A stretch of 64,000 bases of DNA from NCBI GenBank assembly GCA_010909165.1, contig MU008165.1, positions 248,001-312,000 of the forward strand. Reading direction: 5' to 3'. A program made the translations under genes and the position numbers. The notes under the pieces were generated by a model that had not been told where the DNA came from, made no database searches, and worked only from the letters and a program-made list of their open reading frames with translations. Every line of letters begins with the position of its first letter. Within the stretch, counting starts at the first letter, position 1. The stretch is from Anthoceros angustus. Its lineage: Eukaryota; Plantae; Anthocerotophyta. Of the stretch, positions 1 through 12,556 are shown in pieces.

Positions 1-1481
1 TTAGCCCTTGGCCTTAGCAACATTAAAGCCGTTTAGGTGAGAAGATTTATACTCAATTATCAAATTGTGAAAATGATAGGTTATCCAGTTGGCGAGGATG
101 ACTAGTCGTTGAGGGAGTGAATCGTTCATTCGTCTTCGGCAGGGCGGCTGGAGCTCGGAGCTTGGGCGCCTGGTTGGCAGGTAGTGATTTCTTCCTGGTT
201 GCTGGTAGTGATCTTTTCCAGCGTGAGGTCTTGATCCGAGTGATGTCTGTGCGGAGCACTTGCATTAGTCTGAGAGCGGCCTTTGTGTGGAAGTCATTGC
301 GCTTTGAAAAGGTTGAGAGGGAGCAGACTGTCCTGCATGTCAAGCCTCAGCTGCCATGGTGCTTCCTAGACGGCCCTGCCGTCCTCCTTCTGCTTCGGCT
401 AAGACTTCTGCTGCAGTTAGATGGCGCAGATCCTTCAACCTCGTGTCTTGACGTTTGGTTCCGTTTTCAGGTGTGGGAAGATGCAAATGTAGGTTCCAAG
501 GGGCCCGCCCTTCATGGCCCGCAGGCTGACTTGGGGCTCGCTGCTTTGGCAGGGGCTTCTGTGGGTCTCCGCATACGTCTTTGTGGCGCTGATTGCAGCA
601 TTTCCTGGGTTGTACAGGGCGGTAATCGTCTTTCTCGGATGAGTGGGATCTCCTCCTGCCCTCTCCTACAGAATTTGGGTTGTGTCTCGTTGTACTTCTG
701 ACGGGATGCAGTGCTGACGACCCGACTCTGAGAGAACCTGGATCCACGACACGGGCACCTGAAGGCGTTGCTGTTTTCTGTTGTTTGTTCTCCTCTTGGG
801 AGGAGAATGAAATTGTGCTCAGTTTGAAACTCTCTTGACTTGTACAGTACAACGCAGCAGCATTTTCGGAGTTTTGGTGCACTTGAGTAACATAACTACT
901 TAATCAATTATGATGGTGAGAGGGCATCAAACAATCAGGTAGACAGCTTGGATAAATTTTGTCCCTGGTACTGCAATGTTGGATCGAGAAAAGATCACGT
1001 TTGTGCTACGCCAGGAAACATACCACGGGCTTGAACGGAAGTTTGGCAGGTGTCCATGCACCCATTTGCATCTATCATACAGAGAGATCACGAAATCAGG
1101 CTTCCAATTACCAGCCAGTCTCACCTGATCCCTACGCCTCCATACTGTCGTTGGACATCTGTCCAGTTAGAACATCAAAAGGATAGATTTGACAAAAGAT
1201 GAGCCAGTTCACGTACTCTTTTGAGAGTTAGAAAAAAATCAAATTGGAAGGTAGTCCAGGATACAGACAAGGATACAGAACCAGTTCCGTACTTGAAGTC
1301 CGCCATCAAGTGAAAAGAGACTGCATCCAATGCCAGTTACAAGTGTGAGCTCACATCTGTTTGCAACAACGTTTTGTAAGGATACAAGCAACAGCAGTGA
1401 AGCCATTTCTCCAGACGTATCTCCTTCGAGGAACATGTTTGCCGCAGAACGCAAGGCCAGCTGACACGGGGGTGGAGGCTT

Positions 1482-4400
1482 TTAGTCCTGTTCTTGCTTG
1501 ATCCATTCCCTACTTTTATGGTGACCAGAATACCGACTCTGATGATATTTGGAATCCAGCTCCCTGTCCACAGTACCTTCCCACCTGTCTTCTCTCCTCA
1601 CAGAGTTATGATGTTGGTAACTGCTTCTTCCCGGTGATCTGCTGCACTGTTGTTCAGGGTGTCTGGTCTTGTCTGTGCGATGTCTATTAGCACTTTCATA
1701 ATTCTCAAATCGAGAAGGATCATAGGCTGTGCTATCACGGCTTCGGCTCTGCGTGCCATGCCGACTTTTCTGGGATCCAAGGTCACCATCTCTGGTCTCA
1801 ACTGTCTGTGCCATATATTTTCCAGTATCATGTCTGCTACATTGAGAGAAACTCCTATCCCGGTGTGGCCTTGAATCAATTGGCTCCTGTGTCAAAGTCT
1901 CAGCCTTAGGTTCTTGCTGAACTCTTTGAGAGAAAGTCCTATCCCGGTGTGGCCTTGAGTCAATTGGCTCTTGTGTCAAAGTTTCAGCCTTAGGTTCTTG
2001 CTGAACTCTTTGAGAGAAACTTCTATCCCGGTGTGGCCTTGAATCAATTGGCTCCTGTGTCAAAGTTTCAGCCTTAGGTTCTTGCTGAAATCTTTGAGAG
2101 AAACTTCTATCCCGGTGTGGCCTTGAATCAAATGGCTCCTGTGTCAAAGTTTCAGCCTTAGGTTCTTGCTGAACTCTTTGAGAGAAACTTCTATCCCGGT
2201 GTGACCTTGAAACAGTTGGCTTCTGTGTCAAAGTTTCAGCCTTAGGTTCTTGCTGAACTACTAATTCAGCATTCGAAACTCTGGGCTCCTTCAAACTGGA
2301 TGGAGGGTTACTGGCAGGGCCATCTTTGACAAAGCAACCAATACCACCTACATCCATGATTTCTTGCATGTGCCCCTCAATTATATCGCGCAGCACCTGT
2401 TAAGATAGTGATCAGGAATTCTGGATAGGACCTTATTACCATGAGCTAGAAACTCAGCGATAATCCAAAGAAGTTTTAGAATACTCAATCAAATTCATCC
2501 ACCTCCTGTTTTGAAAACTGTGATTCTCAAAAACTTTTCAGAACCTCACCTGGGTAGGAGTTCTTCGGATCTTCTTCCCCTTGTATGACATCCGCCTCCT
2601 CTTGTAATCTCTTTCCTCAGCTAGTAGCTCCTCCTTCGTCTTATTCTTTTGAAGGTCCTGATAGATATCAGAAAGATCAAAGAATTAGTTAGACCAAGAG
2701 TTCATCAAACCTACCACACAAACATCAAGATCCGCATAGACCAGTACCTGTTGTTGGTTGCGGTTCCAAATCAGACCATCATGCTCTAACACAGGTCTGA
2801 TGAAAGGCCGCTTAAGCCGCTCAGCAGCAGCACTGTTCACAATGCCGTCATATTCCAGCAACCTACAAATGACAAACTTAGCTCAATAGGGGTTCTGCAT
2901 ATTGAAATAATGATAAAGCTGCATTGACAGTACTTACAACTGAGCTCTGGAATGATCCTTGACTGACATAATTGCCATCAACGTTCGTTCAAGAGCTGCA
3001 CGTTCCTCAAGAGCAGACACAGCAGCTACTACCAGTGGCCTCCTCACAGTATCCTCCAAAATACTGCGCCTCGCCTCATCATCTATGCTAACAGTCCCCG
3101 CCTGCACTGCTTCAAGGGCATCCTTTTGGGAGTGCGTTGCTGTACTCTGTGCATGGGGCTTATTCTCTACTACCTCGACACACTCTGCACAATTCCCTGC
3201 ATTTGTCCTCCCTACATCCATTAGTACTGGTGCCTCCTCGTCACTTTGCAAAGAGGGAGGATCTTCCTTTGCTACCCCTCCGCCAGGTCTGAAATAAGTA
3301 GATGCCAGCTTGCGGCCAGAGCAAATGATAACATGGCTGAATACCCCCAAGGTAATTGACTTCGCACACGCTTTACTATACACAATTTCCAGTAAAGAAG
3401 CTAACCAGTTCCCAGCAGCTTCAAATATGTCTGAATGGAAAGCCTGTAAGTTCTGAAAACCGTGTCCTGGTAACTGTAGTGCCCGTGACTCCCGGTGAAG
3501 GGCTCTCAAGCAAACAACCACAAGGCGAGAAATATGCCTCGCCATGTCCATGTCAAGGACGAGTCCATAATACGGTGAATTCATAAGCAGCCACTGAATA
3601 ATATCTCCACATTTCACCCCGTAGAAACAACAAAGCGCTTTGTGCACTGCTGCCGAGTATGCGTTAGGAAAATCTTTCCAGGCTCCCACTTCCTTCTTCA
3701 ACGCCCAGAGACATGAAGGAAGAAGATAAGCATCCTCTTGACCGCCGCGCTTGAGCTGTCTTTTCGACTCCTCTTCTGTATCTCCCAGACAATCCAAGAC
3801 CTCCACCTCCAACTCCGACAACACAAATTCCGGGAGAGGCATTGAACTGTTAGCTACTCCAGGGAGCACGTCGGATTGGTCGGTTTGTATAACAGCAGGA
3901 GCATCTTCATACAGATAGTGTCCACCCCAAAGATCAAGATTCTGGTGCTTTCCAGATGCAGGACCAGTGCTGGTCTCCCCATCGGTAAGGCCCAACTTAG
4001 CCTGCTCACGACCTGTATACTTCAGCTTCGAGAGCAAAGAAGATCCGTCCTGGATAAACCTTAGAGGAGAAGCAGGGCAGCGGAATATATGCTCAAAAAG
4101 CGAACCAGGAGGCACACGGTGACGAGGGTCAGACGGGCAAGTTACCATCCGGGGCAACTGTGCAGCAGACCCCAAACCCGCAAGTTTCAATGCTTGGGAC
4201 AAAACCTTTTCAGCATGTTGAATGCTCTTCTGAAGCTCTGCCACAACATCCTTTAAGTCGACAGCCCTGTCACTGTCTGTTTGCACTGCAGCTGCGTCTT
4301 CATCAGCATTGCCAGTAGCTGCGTGACCAAAACCAGGTAACTCTATCAACAGCTGACCATTCCCTGCCGTCGAAGAAGAGGCCGCTGCAGCAGGCGGCGG

Positions 4401-4778
4401 CAAGCTCCCCGGTGGCCGCAAACTTCCTTGTGGGCCTTTCCAGCTCTGGGGCCCGAATCCCCCCGCCCAGGGAGTCATCTGAGGGCCAGGAGGAGGATGG
4501 CCATACAGAGGAGGTCGAAATTGGGGCGGTGGAAAGCTTTGGACTGGAGGAAACCCTTGGGGGCCCCAGGGCACGTAGCCTGCGTAGCTCCCGCCCGCTT
4601 GCGGAGGCCCTGGATAACCATGCATCTGCTGCTGCGGAGGAGGCATCATCCCGCCTGGAAACTGCGACCTTGGATCGTGGAATGGAAGGGCGAACTGTGG
4701 CTGCTGCCGTACGTAAGGTGGTCCCTGGTATCCATGAGGTCGAAAATGAGGCGGAGAGGGAAGGGAAGGATCTGCCAT
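1482..4778 (-). CDS. SNRNP48: U11/U12 snRNP 48 kDa protein (minor spliceosome), 4 exons: 4778-2938, 2862-2748, 2657-2550, 2396-1482
   Basis: CHHC zinc finger (CPSDPRHRVPPGSLFEHIFRCP). GT-AG introns read by hand join ...HSRAQL/LLEYDG...RPVLEHDGL.../DLQKNKTKEELLAEERDYKRRRMSYKGKK...TQ/VLRDIIEGHMQEIMDVGGIGCFVK, matching the conserved C-terminal block of plant U11/U12-48K as I recall it. ATG at 4778 in GCAATGG context. Confidence 0.88.
1844..2259 (-). repeat. 84-bp coding tandem repeat x5 (28 aa, QQEPKAETLTQEPIDSRPHRDRSFSQRV) in the last SNRNP48 exon
   Basis: GAGAGAAA anchor recurs at 1844, 1928, 2012, 2096 and 2180; reading frame is preserved. Confidence 0.95.
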
Positions 4779-5380
4779 TGCTCCAGGTGCTGCTACGCCG
4801 TCAATGCATCCTCCAAGCAGGAAATGTTGGGTCCATGTAGTTTGAACACACAATTTTCCCCTTGGTCCCCTTATAACTTGGCTGGTTAGCCAAGCTTCAA
4901 GGAGCCGGCTTTTCAAGGAGCCGGCTCTTGTGTACCTTTCTCTAACGACGTCTTTCCTCCTGCCGCCCTCAATTCTTCATTCCTCCTCTTCGTTCTCGTG
5001 GGCGCTTGAAGTTTGCTTCGCACTCCTTTGGAGCTATGGCTTACGGCGAGGCTTACAACTGGGTGGACCCCACCTAGCCCATGTCATGTCTATGGGATAC
5101 GCCAGCCTTCACCCTCTCGTTACGAATGCATCCACCGGCCAGTCGTCACCGGCAACGGGGAACTATAAGCGAAGGCTGGTAAGAAGAAGAAGAAGAACGA
5201 ACTCCATTTTAGTCCACGGTAAGCGAGGGCTCAAGAAAGGCAGCCAACATTTTAGGGTTGCAAGAATGGTAATGTGAAATAAGTTAGATCCCTCCCTCCT
5301 GGAGTTTCCAAGCCTCACCTAAAGCTTTTCTCCTTGCTAGCCAGTATATGGATGTGATTTTTTTCTTTGCTAGGCCTATA

Positions 5381-5866
5381 TAGTCTACCCAATAAAAATA
5401 TGAATTAATCTAATTGGGATACCTTCCTAATTGGGAGCTGTAGGGCTGCTCCTAAATAATATTAAAAATTAAATATTTTTAAATATTTTGAAAAAAAGTT
5501 AGAGTTCATAAACCAAGAATACAACTTACATACTCCAAGACAACTTAGACGAGAAAAAGACATAGACAGGAAAACGCTTACCAAGAAAAAGCACAATACT
5601 TGACATGTGTGAACACAACAATGATATAGATATAAACTTTAGATTTAGCATAATTTATTTATTATTAATTTAAAATTAATATGTATAATATTCTCAATTA
5701 AAGAGGTAAAAATATATATTGAATATCTTAACCTAATTTCTAAAAAATTTCTATTTACCATTTACCATTTACTATTTACCCCAATGCACATTCAAGGGAG
5801 CAAGGGCTTAGCTCCAATTACGAAGGTTTCCCATTTATGGAGGTACCAATTAGGGAGGGTAGACTG
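5381..5866. mobile_element. Tc1/mariner-like MITE (non-coding, AT-rich)
   Basis: TA|TAGTCTACCC at 5379-5390 and GGGTAGACTG|TA at 5857-5868 (10-bp TIR, 1 mismatch, TA flanks). Subterminal CTAATTGG..TACCT is also inverted. Confidence 0.55.
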
Positions 5867-7261
5867 TATAGACGTGACAAGTGAAAGATGAAGCTCGAAA
5901 ATATCGCCCTAACATAGACACTGCCCGGCACATTTACTCGATGGATGGCCGGAGATGGCAGATTCACTTTGCCACCGAACATTAAGCAATTACAAGCAGT
6001 GTGTTAAGGTTGACACAGGAACTTCGAGTCGCTTGGTGAACCTTCTAGGTTTACATGGGAACTTCTAGGTTGCTGGTGGAACTTTGAGTTGCCTAGAGTA
6101 TTGCTTGTTGTCCGTGGCGCCTCGCGGTAGGAATGCATATTCGCGGTAGATGCATTCTTAAAGGCATGGCTCATGCATGGACATGGACGAGGTAGAACGT
6201 GCGACCCTCCTGCTTTTTAAGCCTCGCCAGAGTCGCCATGGCTTACACGTATTGTCGACCTTCCCAATGTGGAATTTCGATATGCAACTTATTTGCCATG
6301 GTAATAGAGAAGTCTTGTGGATGGACCAATTGATTACAACAATATAAAAAAAGAAGAACATAACATTACATATTACCTTATCTTACTAAGGTCTATCATC
6401 GTTTCTTTGCACATACATAATTTGTGGAAGATGATTTTTTTGGTAAAATTATTCTGGTATTTGTATTCTGAAAATTATGATAATATCCTTTATCAATTAA
6501 TATTATTAATTTGGAAGTAAAATATCTTAAATATTTATATTTTAATTCAATTATACAAAGCCATATTGAAGGTATATGATTATGTCGTATATTAAGAACA
6601 CAAAAGTACGTAGGTTGTCACAATAGAAGGAGATCAAAGTTGCATCTTCTAAGCTACCTACCACCACTAAGGTCATGAGTTCATCCAATCCTCCCTTTTA
6701 ATCTGCAAAATTTGACTAGTCATACCTTTGTGGTTCGCACGCATATGCGATAGTAGATAAGCGAACCGTTTAGTAGCCGTTATAGCAAATGAATGGCACG
6801 ATACAAAGGAGTGGGGTTCATTAAATGAGGGGGCGCTACGATAGCAACGGGCAGTAACGAGCTTTGCCTTCGTACAAAGCAGCACGAGCAATTCAAACTA
6901 GTTGGATTGTTGATGCTCCATGAAAATAAATGATTATGAGCAAAGCTAAGGCTATGGCAAGAGCATTATCGAAATGAAGGTGCGCTTCATCGGAAACTCC
7001 CTAGCAATGAGCAAAAAGTGTCATCCAAAAAAGCAAATCACCTCTTACCGAGTTTCGTCCAAGCAAGCTATTACACTCTTGACAAATGACTTGGAATGTC
7101 TAATTGGCTATGGCTGATTAATATGCTTCATAATAAATACATGTACCTAATATAGACATGAATTCTTGTGCATAGACAAGCATTTTATATCCCTGAAAGC
7201 AAGATCCACAACCCGAACCGATGTTAAACAAGCTATTGCTCCTAGTAGCTCCTATCGAACT

Positions 7262-7475
7262 TATAAAAGCGGATGAGCGTATGCACTATCATTGGAGTGA
7301 TTGCAACTGATAATAGTATTCAGTAATGTGTCACATCTATGTCTCAGCACTTAGGCTGTTCGTGTGCAGGCTTGTGCCTGTTGGAGTTCAAGAGACACGA
7401 CTCTTCAGCAAGGTGCGTTCATTCCTTATAGTCTAACGGAATGCCTAACAGGAGATGTCTGTCAGAATTCCTATA
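7262..7475 (-). repeat. 3' LTR of the Copia element
   Basis: Direct repeat of 12073-12286; preceded on the minus strand by the polypurine tract. Confidence 0.95.
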
Positions 7476-7484
7476 CTCCTCCTC
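7476..7484 (-). other. Polypurine tract (GAGGAGGAG)
   Basis: CTCCTCCTC on the plus strand immediately adjacent to the 3' LTR. Confidence 0.8.
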
Positions 7485-7546
7485 AGACATAACATGTTAG
7501 GCTGAGGGGAAAACTACCGGATGAACGCCAAGAAGACTCATGCAGG

Positions 7547-10500
7547 CTAAGTGCTTATCCCTTGGTAAACTCTTGGTAAGGATATCGGCTGCCATATGTT
7601 CAGTTGGGCAATATTCGAGCTTGATCTCCCTGTACATTTCTCGCGAACAAAATGATATTGCAAATCGATGTGCTTTGATCGTGAGCTGAACTTTGGGTTC
7701 CCAGCCGACGCCAGAGCGGATTGATTGTCGATCTTAATTATCACTGGCTTCACTTGTGTCATATCAAGCTCCTCTAGTAAACGAACTCGATCAACCACAC
7801 GCTTGGTGGCCTGAGTAGCTGCCATGTATTCTGATTCCGTAGAAGAAAGGGCTATGGCGGTTTGCCTCTTAGAGCCCCAATCGATGGCAGCATTGCACAA
7901 CATCAGCGCGAATTCGGAGGTCGATTTCTTCGAGTCCACATCTCCCCCCCAATCGGCATCCGTGTAAGCGAATAGCTGAGGGTAGTGAGGAACTTTGTCC
8001 ACAGGCCCACTGTAGGAGTCCATGGGTCATGGTACCTTTAAGATAACGCAGGGTGCGTTTGAGTGCCGACCAATGAGCCGGTCCTGGGTTGGCCATTTGC
8101 TGGGCCAAAACACGGACGGCATGGCTAAGGTCGGGCCTTAAAGTGGTGCGTATCCAATTGATACGACCAACCGCCTCTTGATAAGGGATTGACTCCATAT
8201 ACTTACGCTCTTCAGCATCCTTAGGTGCTTGTTCTGCACTCAAAAACGCTCCCACGGCGAGAGGAGTAGAAGCGGGCTTACACTCAATCATGTTAAACTT
8301 GGTTAGTGTATTTTTAATATATTGAGTTTGACTTAAATGTAACCACCTATCATGTCGATTTCGAGTAACTTTCATGCCTATACAATAATGTATATCCCCG
8401 AGATCGGCCATACGAAATCTAGACTTAAGCATGGTAATGGTCTTTGCTAACAAGCCCAACTTATCATTGCTAGCTAAAATGCAGTCATCAACATAGAGAG
8501 CTAGGATGACAAGCGCAGTCCCAGACCTGAGAACGTAGACATTACCATCGGATGGGCATTTAACAAATCCAAACTCAATGAGGACCTCATTGATCAACTC
8601 ATTCCAATTGATGGCGGACTGCTTAAGACCATAAATACTCCCTAAGAGTAAGCATACAAGATGCTCCTTCCCCTTCTCTTCGTATGCCTCTGGTTGACGC
8701 ATATAAATTTCTTCCTTGAGGCGTCCGTACAAAAATGCCGTCTTGACATCTAATTGGACAACTTCCCAATCATGTATGGTAGCTAGGGCCAAGATAGTGC
8801 GAAGGGAACTTATCTGTACAACCGGAGAGAAGAGGTGGTCTGCATCGTAATCAGCACCGGCCCTTTGAGTGTACCCTTGTGCGACAAGGCGAGCCTTATA
8901 GCGCTCGATTGCGCCATCAGCTGTATACTTAATTTTAAATGTCCACTTACTCCCCACGGCCGAACATCCTTCAGGCAGTTCACAAAGACGCCATGTCTTA
9001 TTGTCTTTGAGTGACTGGAACTCGTCATCAATTGCCTTTTTCCATTCGGATGCTTGCGGCCCAGACATAGCCTCCTTATAACTCGATGGCTCTTGGATAT
9101 CCGGTGAAGCCATGAGTGCTTCAGCATAAGTAAGAACCGCGGGCTTCGTTGGGGAGGCGCTCAAGTGAGGACTTGAGGTAATCTGTACCTCCTGAGGAGA
9201 ATGGATAACGTTAGAAGTGAATGAAGCTTGTTCAAGATTGTCTCGGACTTTCCAGCTTGGTTGTCTTAGCCTTGTGGAACGTCGAAGCGCAGGAGGCTCT
9301 TCCACCGGTAAAGGCAAGTCCGGGGTAAGTAACGTCTTCAGCTGGAAAAGGAAAACCGTTCATCTTGATCACCATGGTACCGGATGGCAAAACGGGGTCA
9401 GGAGGTTGAGCAATTGGTGGAGTGGCAGGAGCAGCCACGATGGGCAAGGGGGCAGGAGGCAGCATAGCCGCAGCTGGAGGAATTGGCGCAGGTAGCGCAG
9501 GCAAAATTGGAGGAGTTGGCAGTTGGGCAACAACTGCTAGCTCTGGGGCTTGACTAGGTGATAAAAGCTCCCACTCATCCTCCCCCCAAGCACTAGAGCT
9601 CAAGTCCTCCCCCTGAGTAGAATCTGGAGAAAATACATCACACGAGGAAGATACTTTCACAATGACAGGAGAGGTTAAGAGCGGCTGCTCGTTACAAATA
9701 ACGTCACGAGCAAAGACGAGACGTTGAGAGTCCGTCAAATAAATACAGTAGGCCTTCACAGTTTCACCATATCCGAGTAAGATTCCTTCCTGAGACTTAG
9801 AATCCAATTTCCGACGAAGGGCCTTGGGAACATGGACATAGGCCGCACATCCAAAAATACGGAGATGACTGAGGTTAGGCTTACAGTTGCTCCAAGCTTC
9901 AAACGGGGTCAGCCCCTCGACGGCCTTCGTAGGTAGTCGATTCAGAAGGTAGTTTGCTGTGTTAAGAGCTTGACCAAAAGTGATTAGAGAGATGCATGCT
10001 TCAACATGGACCTACCCATCTCAACTTGAGTCCTATGGCGCCTTTCAGCGACTTCATTCTGCTCAGGTGTATGGGGAACAGTGGTCTGTCTAATAATACC
10101 ATGTAATAGACAATGATGATTGAAAGCAGTATTGTTAAACTCCCCACCACCATCACTTCTAAGGATCTTGACCTTTCTATTGGATTGAGTTTCTACTTCT
10201 GATTGCCAAGAGCGTAGTAGAAAATGTCGACAGCCGACATATAATACACCCATCCAAAACGGGTGTGGTCATCAATAAAGGTAACTTGATAGAGCGAACC
10301 CTGCAAGGAGGGGGTCTGCATGGGGCCTAGAAGATATGTATGGATTAGACCTAGGGGTTCAGGACTTCTATGGGAACCCACAGGGAATTTCTTCCTCTGT
10401 TGTTTGCCCAAGGCAGCTTGGGCAGAATAAGGTCTGCAACAGACTTCAACGGGAAACCTATCACGTAGTCATGTTGCAGTAAAGCTCTCATCCTCTGGGC

Positions 10501-11886
10501 ACCTGCATGCCCTAACCGGAAATGCCACAAGTTGCTAGATGGTGAGGACACAGAAGAGCTAAATGAGGTATTGGGATGAGTCAAACTACCCACCTCAGGT
10601 TGTTGGAGGACATCTCGCTCATGAAAAATGGGACTCGTGCCTAAGACAAACAATCTGCCAAACCTGTGGCATGTAGCCACAAGTTGGCGAGATTGGTCAA
10701 AAAGAGTACACTTGTTAGGGGCAAACACAAAGGTAAAGCCGGCCTCAAGTGCTTGCCCAACAGAGACGAGATTCTTGCTCAAATGAGGAACAAATAATAC
10801 ATTGTGGAGCTCTCTCACCTGTGCATCGGGTAAGGTAATAGCAACAGTACCTGTGCCTCGGATTGCACGCCGGGAATCGTCACCGAGATACACATAACTC
10901 TCGACAGTGTTAGGGTGAAAAGAGACAAACCACTCTCTGTGCCCAGTCATGTGCTGGGTCGCTCCAGAATCGATGAACCAGGTGCAAGAATCCAAGGTGA
11001 CGTTCAAGCAAACAACGAAGAGGCGGGCACCATGGGTGGCGCTGCTGGAAGATTGATTCTTCATGTCCGCAAGCCTCTTGCGACAGTCACGTATGTGGTG
11101 ACCAGGCAACTTGCAGTAGAAGCAAGTCCCTTGCTTTCGCTTTTCATTAGGGTTTTGCGGAGGGGGTGTGCCCCTGCTGGGGAAGCCTCGCGAAGGACGT
11201 CCTCTAAAGGGGCCACATCTTCCAGCACCAGTACTATAGAGGGCTATGCCCTTAGACACGGAGGGATCGCCTCCTTTGAGGCGCTGCTCCTCTTGCTTTA
11301 ACAGCGCAATTGTCTCATCCAGGGGCCTGGGGTTGGCAGTCTGTGTCATGACCAAAGCAGACCACGAGGGTGGCATGGATTGGAGCATCTGCACCGAGGC
11401 ATCATGGTCAGACACTGTGGTGCCTGCGAGTTCCACCGCATCCTTGAGGTTCATAAAGGTGTTTATGAAGTGCTCAACGGATTCGGACTCCGCCATTCGA
11501 AGATTGTAGAACTTTCTTGTCAAGTAGCCCTTGTTGACAGCGTTGTCAAACACGTACTTGCTCTTTAGGCAATCCCAGACCTCCTTGGAAGATGGTAGGT
11601 GCCTCACAACATTCATCTGTGCATCTCTCATGTAAAGCATCAGATTTGCACGAGCTTTTCTGTCCTTAAGGTCCCAGTCTAACTTGTTGCCGGGTCCTCT
11701 CGTAGGTGTGTGGTTTATTGTTCCTCCTGGGGTTGCAGGTGGAGTAGCAGGGCGCTTTTCGGTGCCATCAACGACACTAAAAGGTCTTCTTGCAAGAGAA
11801 ACACCTCTATCTTCCTGCTCCAAGAGGGGTAATTGGACCCATCGAAGAAATTCATTTTGGCCGTCGAGGACCCCATCGATGCACAT
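7547..11886 (-). pseudogene. Copia gag-pol split by about 5 frameshifts
   Basis: Zinc knuckle CFYCKLPGHHIRDC; protease WFIDSGATQHM; LWHFRLGH; integrase RSDGGGEF and PEQNEVAERR; RT QLDVKTAFLYG and LYVDD; RNase H YTDADWGGD, STESEY, IDNQSA. These lie in successive ORFs in different frames. Confidence 0.93.
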
Positions 11887-12060
11887 ACGCCTAATTAAGG
11901 AAGCAAAACGTGTGGTGAAAGCAGGTATGGGTCCAAGGATTTAGCCTCTTGGATGCAACGGATTGAAAATTGCTGCTGTTTTGTTGAGCAACTCATCCTT
12001 TGTCCAGAGTTGTCTCAAGTAGCAGTGCATTCTACGCCCGGAAATGGGATCGATGGCCTT

Positions 12061-12072
12061 GCTCTGATACCA
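12061..12072 (-). other. Primer-binding site for initiator tRNA-Met (TGGTATCAGAGC)
   Basis: GCTCTGATACCA on the plus strand, abutting the 5' LTR. Confidence 0.92.
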
Positions 12073-12286
12073 TATAAAAGCGGATGAGCGTATGCACGAT
12101 CATTGGAGTGATTGCAACTGATAATAGTATTCAGTAATGTGTCACATCTATGTCTCAGCACTTAGGCTGTTCGTGTGCAGGCTTGTGCCTGTTGGAGTTC
12201 AAGAGACACGACTCTTCAGCAAGGTGCGTTCATTCCTTACAGTCTAACGGAATGCCTAACAGGAGATGTCTGTCAGAATTCCTATA
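12073..12286 (-). repeat. 5' LTR of the Copia element
   Basis: Direct repeat of 7262-7475; followed by the PBS on the minus strand. Confidence 0.95.
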
Positions 12287-12403
12287 GAACTACTATTCTA
12301 GGAAGTTGGTTTGGCTATGTCATCTGAAGCAGGTAACTCGAAAGACATGCTGAGCAGGAGAAATGATCTAAGAGCAAACCCATAACCACACACCCTTGCA
12401 CAA

Positions 12404-12556
12404 CCTTTCCTTACTTGTGATCCGGCCACCCAGCACAGCCTTTCCTTACTTGTTATCCACCCGCCCACCATAGCCTTTCCTTACTTGTGATCCAGCCGCT
12501 TTCGGCGGCCTTTCCTTGTGATCCGGCCCTTACCAGCCTTTCCTTACTTGTGATCC
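12404..12556. repeat. Five copies of CCTTTCCTTACTTGTGATCC separated by unrelated 12-15 nt GC-rich spacers (35-bp period)
   Basis: Copies start at 12404, 12439, 12474, 12509 (4-nt deletion) and 12537. Confidence 0.9.

Larger units (their letters stand above)
7262..12286 (-). mobile_element. Full-length Ty1/Copia LTR retrotransposon with TA...TA LTR termini
   Basis: 214-bp LTRs at 7262-7475 and 12073-12286 (2 mismatches seen), 5-bp TSD GAACT (7257-7261, 12287-12291), PBS, PPT, and gag-PR-IN-RT-RH domain order. Confidence 0.96.

Noticed and set aside
53-882. ORFs 117-701 (+), 340-882 (-) and 53-343 (-) as a gene
   Set aside because: No recognisable domain, and stops interrupt the alternative frames. 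Could be a disordered exon or UTR but cannot be supported.
2397-2937. U12-type introns in the minor-spliceosome gene
   Set aside because: Donors read GTAAGT, GTACTG and GTGAGG; none matches the U12 RTATCCTT consensus.
4930-5277. 115-aa plus-strand ORF
   Set aside because: Lies in the SNRNP48 promoter region; low complexity, no motif.
12404-12556. CRISPR array
   Set aside because: Repeats (20 nt) and spacers (12-15 nt) are too short, there are no cas genes, and the context is eukaryotic with introns. Kept only as a repeat-spacer curiosity.
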